DNA of 64,000 nucleotides from Octopus sinensis (GCF_006345805.1 NC_043001.1:38316001-38380000), one strand, 5' to 3'. Shown: positions 38,760 through 52,559, counted from the first letter of the stretch. Program-made: numbers and translations. The notes: generated by a model from the letters alone, not told the origin.

Positions 38760-39800
38760 AAAATTATTGTTTAAATTATATATAATGATAGATATCACTT
38801 ATATGAACTAAAGGTATGTTTTTGCCAATGTTACATCGGTATGCACGCTCTATATCCGTGTTTACAAGGGTATTTTTAGAAAAAAAAAAAAAATAGTTCA
38901 GAATTACAGAGAAGACAGAATTCCTTGCCTTTATCATAAGGGATCGAAATTGAGAGAATCAACTAATCTAAATTAAATTGTTTATTGTGGTCTTTTAGAC
39001 ATCAAATTAATTTACTAAGCCCTGTACTAATAATAGCGTCACTAAAGTGCAAAGGAAGATTAGATTTAATTTGTCTCCCATAAGGAATTTTCCAAAGAAT
39101 TCTAGGTATTACTCTATTATCAATTCACACTGTTAGGATTGGATTTTCCAACACAAAAAAATCTCTTTCAAAAAAATCTTACAAATCTCTTCACATAATA
39201 TTAGCCTGTTAAATAGGGATACATTTACTAATACTAACATTAATTTAGCTAATACCATCCATCCCCCTAGAAATATTAACAAGGTTATTGTATCTGAAGT
39301 CAATTACAACAGAATCAAGTTTATGTCAAATAACTCTAAAATTAAAAATTCTATATACCAGTGTAAAATTGCTTCAGGTGATGATGTATTTTTTTATACA
39401 GGCAGATCATCTTCTTACTTATCTAAAAGAATTTCTAATCATTACTCTACATTTAGGGATAGGAATAAAACGTAACAGTACAGGGATTAGTAAATTAATT
39501 TGGTATCTAAAAGACCACAATAAACAGTTTAATTTAGATTGGTTGATTCTCTCAATTTCGATCCCTTATGATAAAGGCAAGGAATTCTGTCTTCTCTGTA
39601 ATTCTGAACTATTTTTTATACTTTTTCTAAAAATACCCTTGTAAACACGGATATAGAGCGTGCATACCGATGTAAACATTGGTAAAACCACACCTTTAGT
39701 TAATATAAGAAGTAAAAGAATTTGGATATATAAGAAGTAAAAGAATTTGGATAACTCTTGCGTTTAACTCTATTTATTTATATATATTAAACAAAATATT
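38760..39800 (+). mobile_element. Penelope-like element, 5'-truncated, with inverted copy of its 3' end
   Basis: IYQCKIASGDDVFFYTGRSS..KRISNHYSTFR..NSTGISKLIWYLKD..W.I...Y.KGKEFCLLC is a GIY-YIG endonuclease; 38806-39028 is the reverse complement of 39477-39701. Confidence 0.85.
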
Positions 39801-39929
39801 TCAAGTAAACCCGGAGTTACACCCTTTTTACTTACGTGATTTTTTGCTACTCTGGTATCTATTTATTTACTTTTTCCCGTGTTAATTGTTAACAAGGGAA
39901 AAATACGCACACACACACACATGTGTGTG

Positions 39930-40940
39930 TGTAGCAACCATGTGATGAGGTGAGGAGAATGGCTTCCCCATAACATCACACGGCCGCTACAATAAAAAGG
40001 ATGTTAAAATGGGGTCTGATAAATGCTAGCTTGGAGAGAGACATAACCGCATAAGAATGTTTAAGAGAACTTTTATTGATATGTTAACACGTCTGTCTGT
40101 GTGTGCGTTATGTATACAGAAATAATTGACAGGCCGTAATGAGATGAAAGTTTATACGTGTATGTGTGTGTTGGCATGGATGCGTGCGCGTGTTGTGTAC
40201 GTTTAAGGATGTTAAAAAGTAGACAGTGAAAGAGTCTATAAAGAGAAGTGAAAAGAATGTTCGTAGACAAGATGGTGATAATATAGCAGTTCGTAGTCGG
40301 TCGTAATACTGTATCAAGAAGTGATGGCTGTGCTACTGCGCCGGTTACAGGTACGTGAAGTCGTCGCTGTGATGCTGAGCCGGTTACAGGTACGTGTCAC
40401 ACGCGAAGTCGTGGCTGTGATGCTGGGCCGGTTACAGGTACAGGGGTTTAAGAAGGTTGTATGTTCGCTGTTGATTCGTAGTGAGATGATTCACTTAACA
40501 GTGAGCTGTTGGAACCTGGGTTAGTTGCTTGCCGAGCTGTGTACGTAGAGATGTTGACGTTATGACGATGGCGGCGACGGAGATAGAAGTTGCCGAATAT
40601 TGTTGGACGAAAATGGTGAGTCTCAACGTAGCTGCTGTGGTAGCGTGTTGTCTGGCATCGTCGCTGGGACTAGCTGTGTCTATATGGTCGGCCTGACTTT
40701 TAAAGGTCAGGAACCAAAGACGTGTATTGAGGTAAAAGCTGGGTTTTTGTAGAAAATAGTAGGCTCGAAATAGGGTTCGAAAAAGGTTGTTCACGTGATA
40801 CTATCTAATGTCTCTGATTGGCTATCCGCTAACAGTTGGCGCAACAGAGTAGGTGACAAACTGCGCCAATACCAACCAATCAAAGTAGTGGACACCACGG
40901 TATTCAAACAGTGGCCAAAGGCCAGTTGGTCCCTGCTACG
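39930..40940 (-). mobile_element. Probable solo LTR (about 1 kb), unclassified
   Basis: Ends TGTAGC../..GCTAC(G); minus-strand AATAAA near 40075; CCAAT and CACGTG motifs; three 39-48 bp repeats containing ccggttacaggtac; no TSD found. Confidence 0.4.
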
Positions 40941-40951
40941 TTCAAATGCAC

Positions 40952-41034
<83 letters not shown>

Positions 41035-41638
41035 GGATTAAAAAAGTTTGTCTAAGTTGCCCCTCGGCTTCGCCAGATTTTAGCATCATGGGCGATTTTG
41101 CGAAGCGCCAACTAATTTCGCTGAAAGTAAAATCATATCTCCTTTATGAGAAGAATTTTATCCCACTTGTTCTCAAGCTGCCGGGATGCTGTCTCAATGA
41201 AGTTGGAAAATGCAAAATGGAATGTTAATGAACAAATGGGAACAATACAAATAGAAGACGTTAAAAGTAACAGTATTAATTTTGTCATTAAAACTAATAA
41301 TAGTGTTTCAGAAGAAAAACTGCAAATTTTTCAGACCAAGTGAAAAGAAATTAAAAAAACCATAATGGTTTAATAACAATTGCATATTCATATCCACCCA
41401 AGACCTCACAAAAATTAATTGAACTAAGAAAATAGAGATTTACAATAATCAAAATCCTTATAATGAGGTTCGACCAATGATTTTACAAATTGCTGTTTCC
41501 CATTTGCCCTGCGAATCTTCTAAAAACAAATTAGATAACTAGGATTGATTAAGAATGGAATATTTATATTTAAAAACGACTGGTCTTTTTTTATCCCCTT
41601 TTAACATGGCATCGAGGACATAGAGTAGCGCCCATAAT

Positions 41639-42246
41639 TGTAGCAGAAGTGATTTACACTGTCATTATGTATGAGGTGTTTTCGTTATGGGTTATCTAGG
41701 CTTAAATACCCGAATATCGGCCCCACAAGCCTTTTCGTTCCGGGAGGTCACATGACTTCGTGATTAAACGAACCTGTTGTTTGTATTGGCGCAACAGTTC
41801 ATTTTTCCTTTCGCAGAAAATTAATCACCAGCTCTTGGGAGCTTACTATTCTCTAGAAAGACAGCAGTTCTCGACTGCTCTAGGTCTTTGGCACACGCCA
41901 CTGACCACACGCAACTCGTCTTCGGCAACGATGCGTCAGACACTAGCCAATCTACGCTTTCATCTACACCAGACACCTGTCTACATCGTTGCTGCATGAC
42001 CAGCACACAACCAACAGACCAACGGCTGCCTCTACACACTACCATACAGTATGTCAAATTTGTCTACAAGACCAAACAGTCCAGCCTAACCACGAAGTCT
42101 CTCACATATCTTTTTTGTAACCTGTTATGTTATTTTACTTCATGTATAGCAATCATGTATTTTATAACGGAGAATAAATCGTCGCTTACTAGTTCAGTTT
42201 CAATCTTACATTTTCCACATTTCCCTTATTACCCATTTTTGTTATA
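41639..42246 (+). mobile_element. Solo LTR of a Ty3/gypsy family
   Basis: Starts TGTAGC, ends GTTATA, AATAAA near the 3' end; homologous over full length to 54808-55384. Confidence 0.8.
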
Positions 42247-42489
42247 GATAACAAGGATTGATTAAGAGTGGAATATTTATATTTAAAAATGACATCAAGG
42301 ACACAGAGTAGCGCCCATGACTTTTTTCAGGGCCTCCGAGATTGGTAAAGGCAGGTATCTTCAGAGGCCCTTCTTGAAAACTTGCCAAAAAATACATTTC
42401 TCTAAAGAGACTAAAACCAGGTAGCGGTGTTAAACAAGTCAGCGTATTAAGTATTTCATCTTAAAACTGGAAAAGTCCCTTCGACAAGC

Positions 42490-42645
42490 TTCCACTCAGT
42501 TTCTGTTTACCAAATCCCACTCGCAAAACTTTGGCCAATGCGAGTCTTTGGTAGACTATACTCAAAATAGTTCGCGGTTGAACTGAACCTGAAGACACGT
42601 AGTTACAGAGTAAAGCTCTTAATCATTCAGCTATACGTGCATCTT
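42490..42645 (-). mobile_element. SINE family 1 fragment, old
   Basis: cagtttctgtttaccaaatcccactcgcaaaactttgg...gaactgaacctgaa. Confidence 0.6.
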
Positions 42646-44469
42646 AGTAAAGAGCTGACAAGTTTAATAATTTTATAAATTAGGAAGATATATTTAAAAT
42701 CTATATTTACTCCCTTTCATTAGTAACAAACGGTGACTGATCAATGTGGATGGAATGCATCTATAAAAGGAAATCTAAAAGACATTATAAGTAAATTATT
42801 ATCGAAGCAGATTAATATTCTGATATGGTTCAAAGATTAAAGGATAAAGAAAAGAAGAAATAATTACAGTGGCCAATTTTTGAAACAGAGACCTTAGTTT
42901 AATTAATGGAGTGATAAAAAAATGTCCAAATATGTTTTTAATAAATATTATCCTTATCATACTGTTGTCAAGTGGGAGGAATATGATTATAATAAACTAT
43001 ATTGGGTCCTGTTGAACTTTCGACACTGTTCAACGTCTTCATATACTTCATATAGTTTATTGAGTTGGGGACCATTCAATATCCACTTTCCAAAAGTATG
43101 CCATTATTTCATTTCTCCTATTGTTCTCCAACGATGATTCCCCATCCACCTGGCATTAACGCTGGTTGTAAGTTCATTAAAAGGGCAGACATTTACAAGC
43201 CACAAACCAGACAAGTACACAACGACATATACGCACATGAATACACAATATAAACACACGGCTCGATACACAGTGATGCGCGTGAATAAGCGCGCATACG
43301 CGTGTACAAACATATATACACACATGTATGTAGTAACAGTCACATAACATTCACTCATACACACACGCGCGCGCGCACGCACACACACACACGCACACAT
43401 ACACACACATACACACACATACACACACAGATTTTTCCCCTCACAATGACAAATCAAAATATATTCCATACATATCCATGTTCATTAATCTATAATATTA
43501 TACAGCTACGTCTCAGCATGTGACACTATAACTATGGAACGAAATTGAAAACCATCAATTATACATATAACATTTATATTATTTATATTATTCGTAAGAC
43601 ATTTGACTGGGAAATAAACATTTTAAATTAAGTAACACACACATACACACACAAAAGAATACGTGCACATTTATTTCGATATCTGTGTATGTGTGTACAT
43701 GCTTGCCCGTGCGTGTATACGTGCGCGTATATGTGCACACGCATTCGCATTGGCACAATAAATCCTCATTTTATCGAGCCAAAAAGGCACAAATACTGAA
43801 GTCCATTACATTGAAGGTATAAAAGCCCTGTGGTGTCTTTAATGTTAAGAAACAAACAAAAAAGAAAAACAAAAGAATAAAAAAAGAACTTAAATGCTAT
43901 AGATACTATTGTTCAATATAGAATTATTAAATAGTAATAAAATTTATGTTATCTTTATTTACCATTTTGATAGTGAGTTAAAGAGTATTTTGCCGTAACT
44001 ATAGTGATAATAGTCTTTGGCCTTTCTTTTGTGTCTAGGTGGAGGTGAAGGGGACCTAAGATCCTGAAATGCGTATAAATAGAAACAGTGGCATTGTTGG
44101 TCTGCTTTTAAACAGTTAAGATGTCGGCTTACCCACACATGTGTGCCCGTTTCAACTTTGTTTACTCATAAGGTCCAGAAAAATGGGTATTTTTGAATAT
44201 TTTTTTACAAATACGCTTTAGATAGAGTAGATTACGACTGTACCGGAATTTGTTGCGAAAAAAAAAAAAAATTTCCGAGGGTGAGTTTCGGAAAATTCAC
44301 GCGAGTCGGCTTTGTTTCCTCACAACCTTTAGAAAAATGGGCATAATTTAATGAAGTTCTCACCTTTCAGATGGTGCAGATTATGATTATATCGGAATTC
44401 AATACAGAAAAAAAAAATAGTGGGTTCGAAGACATAGATACTGACACACAAAACGAAGGTATGTGAGTT

Positions 44470-45350
44470 AATGTTTAGGATATTCGGCTTACGATCACAA
44501 GTTCATGAGTTCAATACTTGGCGACGCGTTGTGTCCTTGAGCAAGACTCTACTCTTTATATTACGTGCCTCCAGTCCACTCAGCCGGCAAAAATGAGTTG
44601 TATTGGGTTGTCCGGAAAGTTCGTGCCGATTTTTAAAGGCAAGAAAAAGGTCAATAAATACTTGCCATTATATTTTTAATCAACCAAATATGAACCATTT
44701 TGTTGCACAATGCGTCTCCATCTTTCCTTTAACTTGAAAATACCCTCTTCCCAGAACTGAGGTGGTTTCATGGCCAAGAATACATCAAGGTATCTTTTTA
44801 CGTCATCCAAGGAATTGAAATTTTTACCAGTAAGACTATTCTGCAGAGACCTGAATAAGTGGAAATCCGAAGGAGCAATATCTGGTGAATATGGAGGGTG
44901 GGGTAACACATCCCAGCCGAGCTGCAGCAATTTTTGTCTGGTTCCCAAAGCATCGAGTGCTGAAAACGAACTTTCTTATCTTCCATTTTAAAGGGTTACA
45001 GAATTAACACAGGTTATAGGAACATAAACCTTCTTTCACGAAAAGATAGCTTAAACTGTGCTCTAAATGGAGGTGTAGTAAAATCCTATTTTATGGACTC
45101 AATCATGTTCTAAAGTAAGTCGAAAGGTAAGCTGCTATAAATTGGCACGAACTTTCCGGACAACCCAATACATGTATTTCAAGAGGCCAGCCTTGTCACA
45201 CGTGTCATGCTGAATCTCCTTGAGAACTACCTTATGAGCACACGTATCTGTGGAGAGCTCAGCTACTTGCATGTTAATCTCACGAGCAGGTTGTTCCGTT
45301 GATCGAATCAACTGAAACCCTCGTTAACGTAACCGACGGAGTACCAACAG
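44470..45350 (+). mobile_element. tRNA-derived SINE (family 4), split by the mariner insertion
   Basis: gttcatgagttcaatac (B-box), ttgtgtccttgagcaagac core; continues after 45170 with ccttgtcacacgtgtcatgctgaatctcc; related 3' piece at 53600-53720. Confidence 0.65.
44603..45168 (-). mobile_element. Internally deleted mariner (DD34D), 566 bp
   Basis: TA TSDs at 44601-44602 and 45169-45170; 30-bp TIRs 29/30 identical; N-terminus MEDKKVRFQHSMLWE fused to C-terminus GWDVLPHPPYSPDIAPSDFHLFRSL...NGSYLVD. Confidence 0.95.
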
Positions 45351-46874
45351 TGTTACATCACATATATCTACAAAATGAAACTTGCAATTTCTAATAGAAT
45401 TGTGATGTGTGCCAGTATATATATGTAAGTGCTCAACAATTTTATTTTTCACATTAAAATCCTAATCTACAACAGGTGATAAGCATTTATAGAAAATTAC
45501 ATAAAAATATACATTTTTCTGAAATTTATCCTGAAACAAAGCCAACTCATTTGAATTTTTCAAAATTTCTCTCCCCACTCTTAGAAAAAAAAAACATTTC
45601 ACAACAAATTCTAATTCAATAGTAATCTACACCATCTGAAGCTTATTTGTAGAAAATTTCATTGAAAAATATCCATTTTTCTGGAAGTTATGAGGAAACA
45701 AAATCAGGAGCTGGAGGAGCATAGTTATGTAGGTATCTCTTTTATGTGTTTTTTGATGTAATTGCTGGCATTGAAAAATAACATTTGACCTTTTATTCGA
45801 TTGTCATTTTCATCGGGTATTGGTGATGCAGAATTTTGCACGTCGTAGTTTTCATACTTTTTTTTTGCACCAATTTCAAAGTATGAATATCCCTTTTAAT
45901 CTTGCACAAAATAACACGGTTTTTGCTCAAATTGCACATATTTTTGTGTGGACAACTGAATTTGTCTCGTGGGGGAAGCTTCTGCAATGTGGCTGCTAGT
46001 CAACCATTCGTGCGAACATTTGCAATACATTACTTATATTAGACAAAACCAACAACATTTTCCTAATAGATTAATGTATTACTTTACACAGGTAACCATC
46101 AATGTTTTCGTCGTTTGTTTTTGATTTATTTCATTATTTCATAGTTCTCAGTAGATGTTTTCGCAGCAGTGAAGTAGCGAAGTCTTTCTCTTGTTTGTTG
46201 TTGTTGCTGTGTAACTCCGATTAGCTTTGATTAAATATATTTGTGACACCTAAGATGTCACTCACTGTATTGAACCTAAGGTAAAGGCAGTGGTCTCTCA
46301 ATTCTATTTCAATCAATTTTAAATGTCACGTATAACTGATCAGTGTTTCGTTTCTTGCAGTTTATTGGCCAAGTTCTTCACTGATTGTTGATGTTGTTGT
46401 GTAATCTCTGTCTACTCTGAATAGAACGAAAGGATACAATTCACAAACCCAGCGTTCGTAATACCATGTATTGCCTCCTGGCTGATGACCACGCTATTTG
46501 AGACTGCTGTTGTTGATACAATTTTGGGGTGAATGAACTTTTACGTTTGCTTGGTCTTAGTGTTCTCAGTATTCTTAAAATGATGTTGTTCAGGATGTTA
46601 TAGATATACTGGGTATTTAGGGGTGATTTCTTAAGTAGGGACATGCATATTGTGGTTGGATTTTGCTACGCTGACAAATTGTGCATTTTCTATGTCCAGT
46701 TGAAACCACTTTATGAGTCAACAAGGAAGCTTCTATACAAGATAATGAAGGAGATACGATGATATCAGTTGATCTACACGAATCTCCCTCAAACTTAATC
46801 ATTCCCGAATTTCGACTAAATCTGCCATCAAATCATTTCTTATAGTAAAAAAAAATAAAAATGAATCATATTGG

Positions 46875-47464
46875 AATATTCTTTTCTACTCTAAGCACAA
46901 GGTCCGGAATTTTTAAGGAGTTGGGGGCCAGTCAATTAGATCGACCCAAGGACGCACCTAGTACTTGATTTATCGACCCCGAAAGGATGAAAGGCAAAGT
47001 CGACCTCGGCGGAATTTGAACTCAGAACGTAACGGCAGACGAAATACCTATTTCTTTACTACCCACAAGGGGTTAAACACAGAGGGGACAAACAAGGACA
47101 GACAAACGGATTAAGTAGATTATATCGACCCCAGTGCGTAACTGGTACTTATTTAATCGACTCCGAAATGATGAAAGGCAAAGTCGACCTCGGTGGAATT
47201 TTGAACTCAGAACGTAACGGCAGACGAAATACCTATTTCTTTACTACCCACAAGGGGCTAAACACAGAGAGGACAAAGAAGGACAGACAAACGAATTAAG
47301 TCGATAACATCGACCCCAGTGCATAACTGGTACTTATTTAATCGACCCCGAAAGGATGAAGGGCAAAGTCGACCTCGGCGGAATTTGAACTCAGAACGTA
47401 ACGGCAGACGAAATACCGCTAAGAATTTCGTCCGGCGTGCTAACGATTCTGCCAGCTCGCCGCC
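46875..47464 (-). mobile_element. SINE family 2 as a head-to-tail trimer with a single tRNA-like head
   Basis: Head at 47418-47464; units 47234-47417 and 47049-47233 (about 185 bp); last unit 46875-47048 has a different tail. Confidence 0.9.
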
Positions 47465-48789
47465 GCATCTTACTGGAATATTAAATCGCGAATACAACAT
47501 TTTCTACAAAAAGACGTGAGTGGTTATCGTCAGAAAGGCCACTTGAATGATGAAGTGTTGTAATTGAAATTGTAAGCAATATGACGACTGTTGTATGGTG
47601 GGATTACATGATTGCCATAGTAGTCATAATGGAGTTGTGGGAATTGAAGTGGTGTATACATGAGTTAAATGAATGGGACGAAGCGAGGATATCTGTGGTG
47701 GCAAATTATGCGATACAATATGAGACTTGGTGTAAGTGTTATACATTAATGACAGTCCTTGTGGCATGAAAGTTGAAGTAGTAGTTCCATGGTATTTGTA
47801 GTGATACGATAGTGAGATATGTGGAGGTATTTGGAGTAGTTAGACAGTAACTTTTATCTCATCTTTGCAAGTAGTTATATGAAAATGTTTGAAACGTTGT
47901 GCTGTGTAGAGTGTCTTTATGTGACGGTGTCTGCAGCGGTGTGTATAGGGAAAATTATAATAGGGTAGTTGTGTTTAAATGGATTATAGTCAGAGCTGGC
48001 ACAAGGTACCCTCAACTTGGGCAGTTGCCCAGGGCGTCACATGCTAGGGTGCGTAATGTATGTTCTTCGAATCTTTCATTTACAAAGAGCAACAAAGTTC
48101 ATCACGTTCGTAGCGCCAGTAACCTCCAGGGTCATCCTGGTTACGATAGTGTGATAGCTTCCAAGGAGCGCCAAGAGAATTGAATACTAATGCGTATTTC
48201 AATGGTGTAGTAAGGAGATCGAATTTTATGAATGAAACATATTGATTTATTGCTAAAATGAACTGGATTAGATGTGATGAATATAAACAGAAAGACAAAA
48301 AAATACCTGTTCATAGCATTGTATCTCAAAGATAAAAATTTATGAATAGCAGAAATAATCGAAAACAAGACCTGCATACTAAAAGCCAATGATATATAGG
48401 TTGTGTGTAAACATATGCTCACCCGAGTGCTTATGCGAGTGTGTATTCGAGTATGTATGTGTGTATGTATGTATGTGTGTATGCATGTATGTATTTATGT
48501 ATGCATGCATGTATGTATGTATGAATATGTATATATATGTGTGTGTGTGTATATATATATATATACACATATATATATGTATATATATGTACATATATTT
48601 ACATATATATATATATGTACATATATATACATATATATAACATATACTTTTATACTTACTGTCATGTAAATAAACTACAAATAAGGATATGAAAATAAGA
48701 GATGGAGATAGTGATGATGACAATATTTATGAAGAAAATATGGGCGTTGGTCATTTAGTTGTATTTGTTAATGATGGTGTTAATATTGA

Positions 48790-48998
48790 TTTTAAACTTT
48801 GGTACATGGTCAGCAAGTTTGAGGAAGGGGACTAGTCGATTTAGTAGACTTTAGTGCTCAACTTGTACTTATTTTATCGACCCAAAAGGATGGAAGGCAA
48901 AGTCGATCTCGGTGGAATTTGATCTCAGAATGCTAAGACGGACGAAATGCCGTTAAGCGTCTTGTCTGGCGTGCTAACAATCTTGCCAGTTCGTCGCC
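48790..48998 (-). mobile_element. SINE family 2, older copy
   Basis: tatcgacccaaaaggatggaaggcaaagtcgatctcggtggaatttga...cgtgctaacaatcttgccagttcgtcgcc. Confidence 0.8.
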
Positions 48999-49399
48999 AT
49001 AAAATGACGGCATTAATAATATTGGCAACGAGAATGATGGCACTGATACTGATGATAATAGTAATAATGACTGATAGCGACGATAGCATCTGCAGTATAG
49101 CACAACACACTGGTCTGTAAAGTGGTTCAAATCGAGTGTATAACTTCAAAATAACTCGTATGAGCTATTCAAAAGATTAATAAATTCTCAAATATTTTAA
49201 ATTTTACTTACTTTTTCAATTACTTGCTTATAATAGTGCATGTATGAAGGATAAGCAATATATTCCGTAGTTGTGTCCTCTGGGTAGATAAGGTAGCTAA
49301 TATCTATTGAGTCTAGAACTATAAATATTAATATTTGAATATAAAAAGTAAATGATCTTCATTTCCCTATAAATATGCTAAGTACATGAAATTAAAAGA

Positions 49400-50650
49400 A
49401 AAATTAGTAATGGCTAGATTTCTTTGGTTGCATCCACATTTCAACTTCGTCATACATTCAAATGCGTGACGTACAACGAATGAACTTCCCAAAATACACT
49501 AAATATAGTGTCATACAAGCCAAATAGTTTATTGTACATCTTATGCAAGTTCACAGTAGAACACTTCCAGCAGAAGTAATGGATGCTGCTTTATTTTACA
49601 CGCCTCCTAAAATCTTCATACTTCAAATGCTTCTTTCATGAATCAACTGCATATTGCTGTTCCATAGCACAAGCAACTCCATAATCATCATGTTTTTTGC
49701 CTAATCACCACCTTCAGTTTAATGTCGGACTTCTCCCTACCAACAGTTTATCTTTCACATCAGCATTTTTGGCTATATTGCACGAACAAGATCTACATAT
49801 TTTCATAGTATCATGTGGTAACGGAATTTTGCTACATTAAACAACTCTTCGAGCGTGTTTAATAATCGCACTATATACAAGATGGAAAATCAACCAAGCT
49901 TTTTAGGAATTTGTTATCGTATTTTTGCATTCCCTCTACTTTCGTTAATGGTGTTGTGAGACCTAAGATTTGAACCCCATTCTCTAAGTTATGAAGTTAG
50001 AGCCACAAATGGACCAAACAATTGTCAGGTGTATGTGTGTATGTTGTATTTATCGACCAATTGGCTTGCAAAGTCGTAACATCATCTCAAATGTCCTGGA
50101 GATTCGTGCTCTTTTCTCTAGTCATAAACAGTTTGGCACTAAAAATATTGACAGAGGTTGAAAGCAACCAGGGAACATACATCTCACTTTTCGCCACAAG
50201 CAAGCCAGATTTGAACAGTGCTTTAGTAAGATTCGGCGGACCAACATCTTCTCTCGCTCCAAGAAAACCAACAACTGAATAAACATAGTTAAGCACATGT
50301 AATTACATTCTTGCCCAAAGCAAACTAGAGATGTGAGTAGATTCGGTTAAACTAACATCCCGATTTTCATTCAAGACCAATTCGTTCCTGTCTGTAGAAT
50401 AAGCCTTTAATGACCGTGGAATTTAGAGACTATGAAAGTCGATATTTATATCCTTCGTTTCTTCCAGTAACTCTCTTCGCGAGAAAGGTATTCTATACAT
50501 TTGGGGTGACTCTTTGACTCTCGGGAAATGGCCAAACTTAAAACACCACATCTTAAACTTATTAAATTGGAATTGTCACTGGCTGTACTCTGTTAACTTG
50601 ATCTCGATTTCAACTTTCTTCTTGGCATCGTTTTGTGGTATTGTGTTGAT
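49400..50650 (-). pseudogene. Highly decayed hAT (SPIN/GTF2IRD2-like) transposase
   Basis: KKKVEIE N-terminus, DVSLTESTHIS resembles SLALDESTDI, ILGSSFVVRHAFECMTKLK resembles FGSTY.CE..FS.M; order is colinear. Confidence 0.45.
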
Positions 50651-51339
50651 GCCTCATTGACACTTTACAAAATAAAAAATGAGATTATTACAAGCCTTGG
50701 CAAAGATTAAGCTTGAAGTAAACCTTGCTGTAGAATTTACTGAGTATTGTCACTGAGTGACTGGTTGTCAACTGAGGAAAATGGAAACAATATCAAAGAG
50801 ACCGATTAAACATGTTAGCAGACTCATGTATGTGAGTCCTAAGTTATTGCAGCAAACGTTAGTATCATTGTTAGATCGATCAACATTGTTAAAACAAATG
50901 TCTTTCATTTTCAAGTAATTATAATTGATCGACACTTATCACACTGGGCATTTTAGTGGATGGAAAAGCGAAAAAATAACGTTCAAGCAATAATTTCAAT
51001 AGTTAAGTGCTCCAAAATAGTGCATCAAAAAAGATATATATCCGACTGTCATTATACCTCAGTCAAGCGATTTAACTCATCTGTTAGAAATGGAAAGTAA
51101 ATGACAGAATCATGTATATCTTCATTATACATTACTTACAACAATTCATATACTAAACAGTGTTGTTCAATAACTTATAAATGTGTGTCTGTATGCATGT
51201 ATTCATGTTGGTATCTGCTTAGGTTTGATAGTACACGTGTGTGTGTTCACCATCTGCATGTGGAGATCATAAGTAGAGAATGGATCTCATAGGTAGTTAG
51301 AGCACCATAAATGTATGTATATTTTCATAAATATCTATA

Positions 51340-51372
51340 TATATATGTGTATATATATATATATATGCACAC

Positions 51373-51454
<82 letters not shown>

Positions 51455-51467
51455 ATTATACATACAA

Positions 51468-51547
<80 letters not shown>

Positions 51548-51740
51548 TACATATATATACACACATACATATATATATGCATATATATATATACATATAT
51601 ATGCACACACATATATATACACATATACATATACACACACATATATATACATATATATATATACACAGACACACGCGCACACACTCATATGTATATAGAA
51701 ATATATACTTTATATATATACATATATATATACACACACA
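51340..51740. repeat. Long compound microsatellite (TA/TATC/CA/TACA)
   Basis: Direct inspection; source of many spurious ORFs. Confidence 0.95.
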
Positions 51741-52559
51741 CATAAATATTTATATTTATATAAATTGTTTCTTAAAAGTGAAGAAGCAATCTATAAGTAA
51801 TCGTAACGATATAGTGCATTGACACATATATATTAAACTGCTTTCACTTCCGTGTCTGTCCATTTGTTGTAGAGTCAAACGGACAAGGACAAAGTGATGA
51901 AGTGACGAGTCTCTGGCATTTGTAACTAGTTGAATAATGTATTTTTTATATGTTTCTTGTTTACAAGAAAAATACATTACACACAACATGAGGAATTAGG
52001 AACCAGCATTATAGTGTTTCTGTTGCTCTGTTCCTCACGAATTACAAATTCGCAATCTAGTATCAATTAAGTTGAATACACATGCATATATTACAACATT
52101 ACGCCTCAGGAAGAAAATACCCATTATCATCAAAATGAAAGGCGTTTGCTTACGAGCTAAACCTGAAAGAGATAGGAGCTATCATTCTAATCTTAGTGGT
52201 GAAAAACTCTCAAGAGAGCTGAACAGCAGATAGTCTTCGGAGAACCCGTCTCAGACAAGTGTTTCGGCCGTTAACTTCTTACTCTTTAAGTGGGGCGGGT
52301 CGCATTCAGGTCATGACTCTTGGGTACCCTTCTGCTGGCACTTTTTAGCCATTTGAATATCGGAGACTTGTACATTTAAACCGCTTGTAGATTTCATCTA
52401 GTTGTACTTAAATTTGTACTTAAAGAAGAAATAATGTTGATAGTCATGATAGCGGTGAAACGTCAACACCATCACAGTGACTCACTCAGAATGACTTCTT
52501 TTAGATTTAAAGTACAAACATACTAACTTTAAACGATATGGAGATCGTTTTTGTTCCTC

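Noticed and set aside
40325-40440. Three direct repeats with variable spacing (CRISPR-like look); also the 185-bp units at 47049-47417
   Set aside because: Eukaryotic context, no unique spacers, no cas genes; these are LTR-internal repeats and SINE multimers
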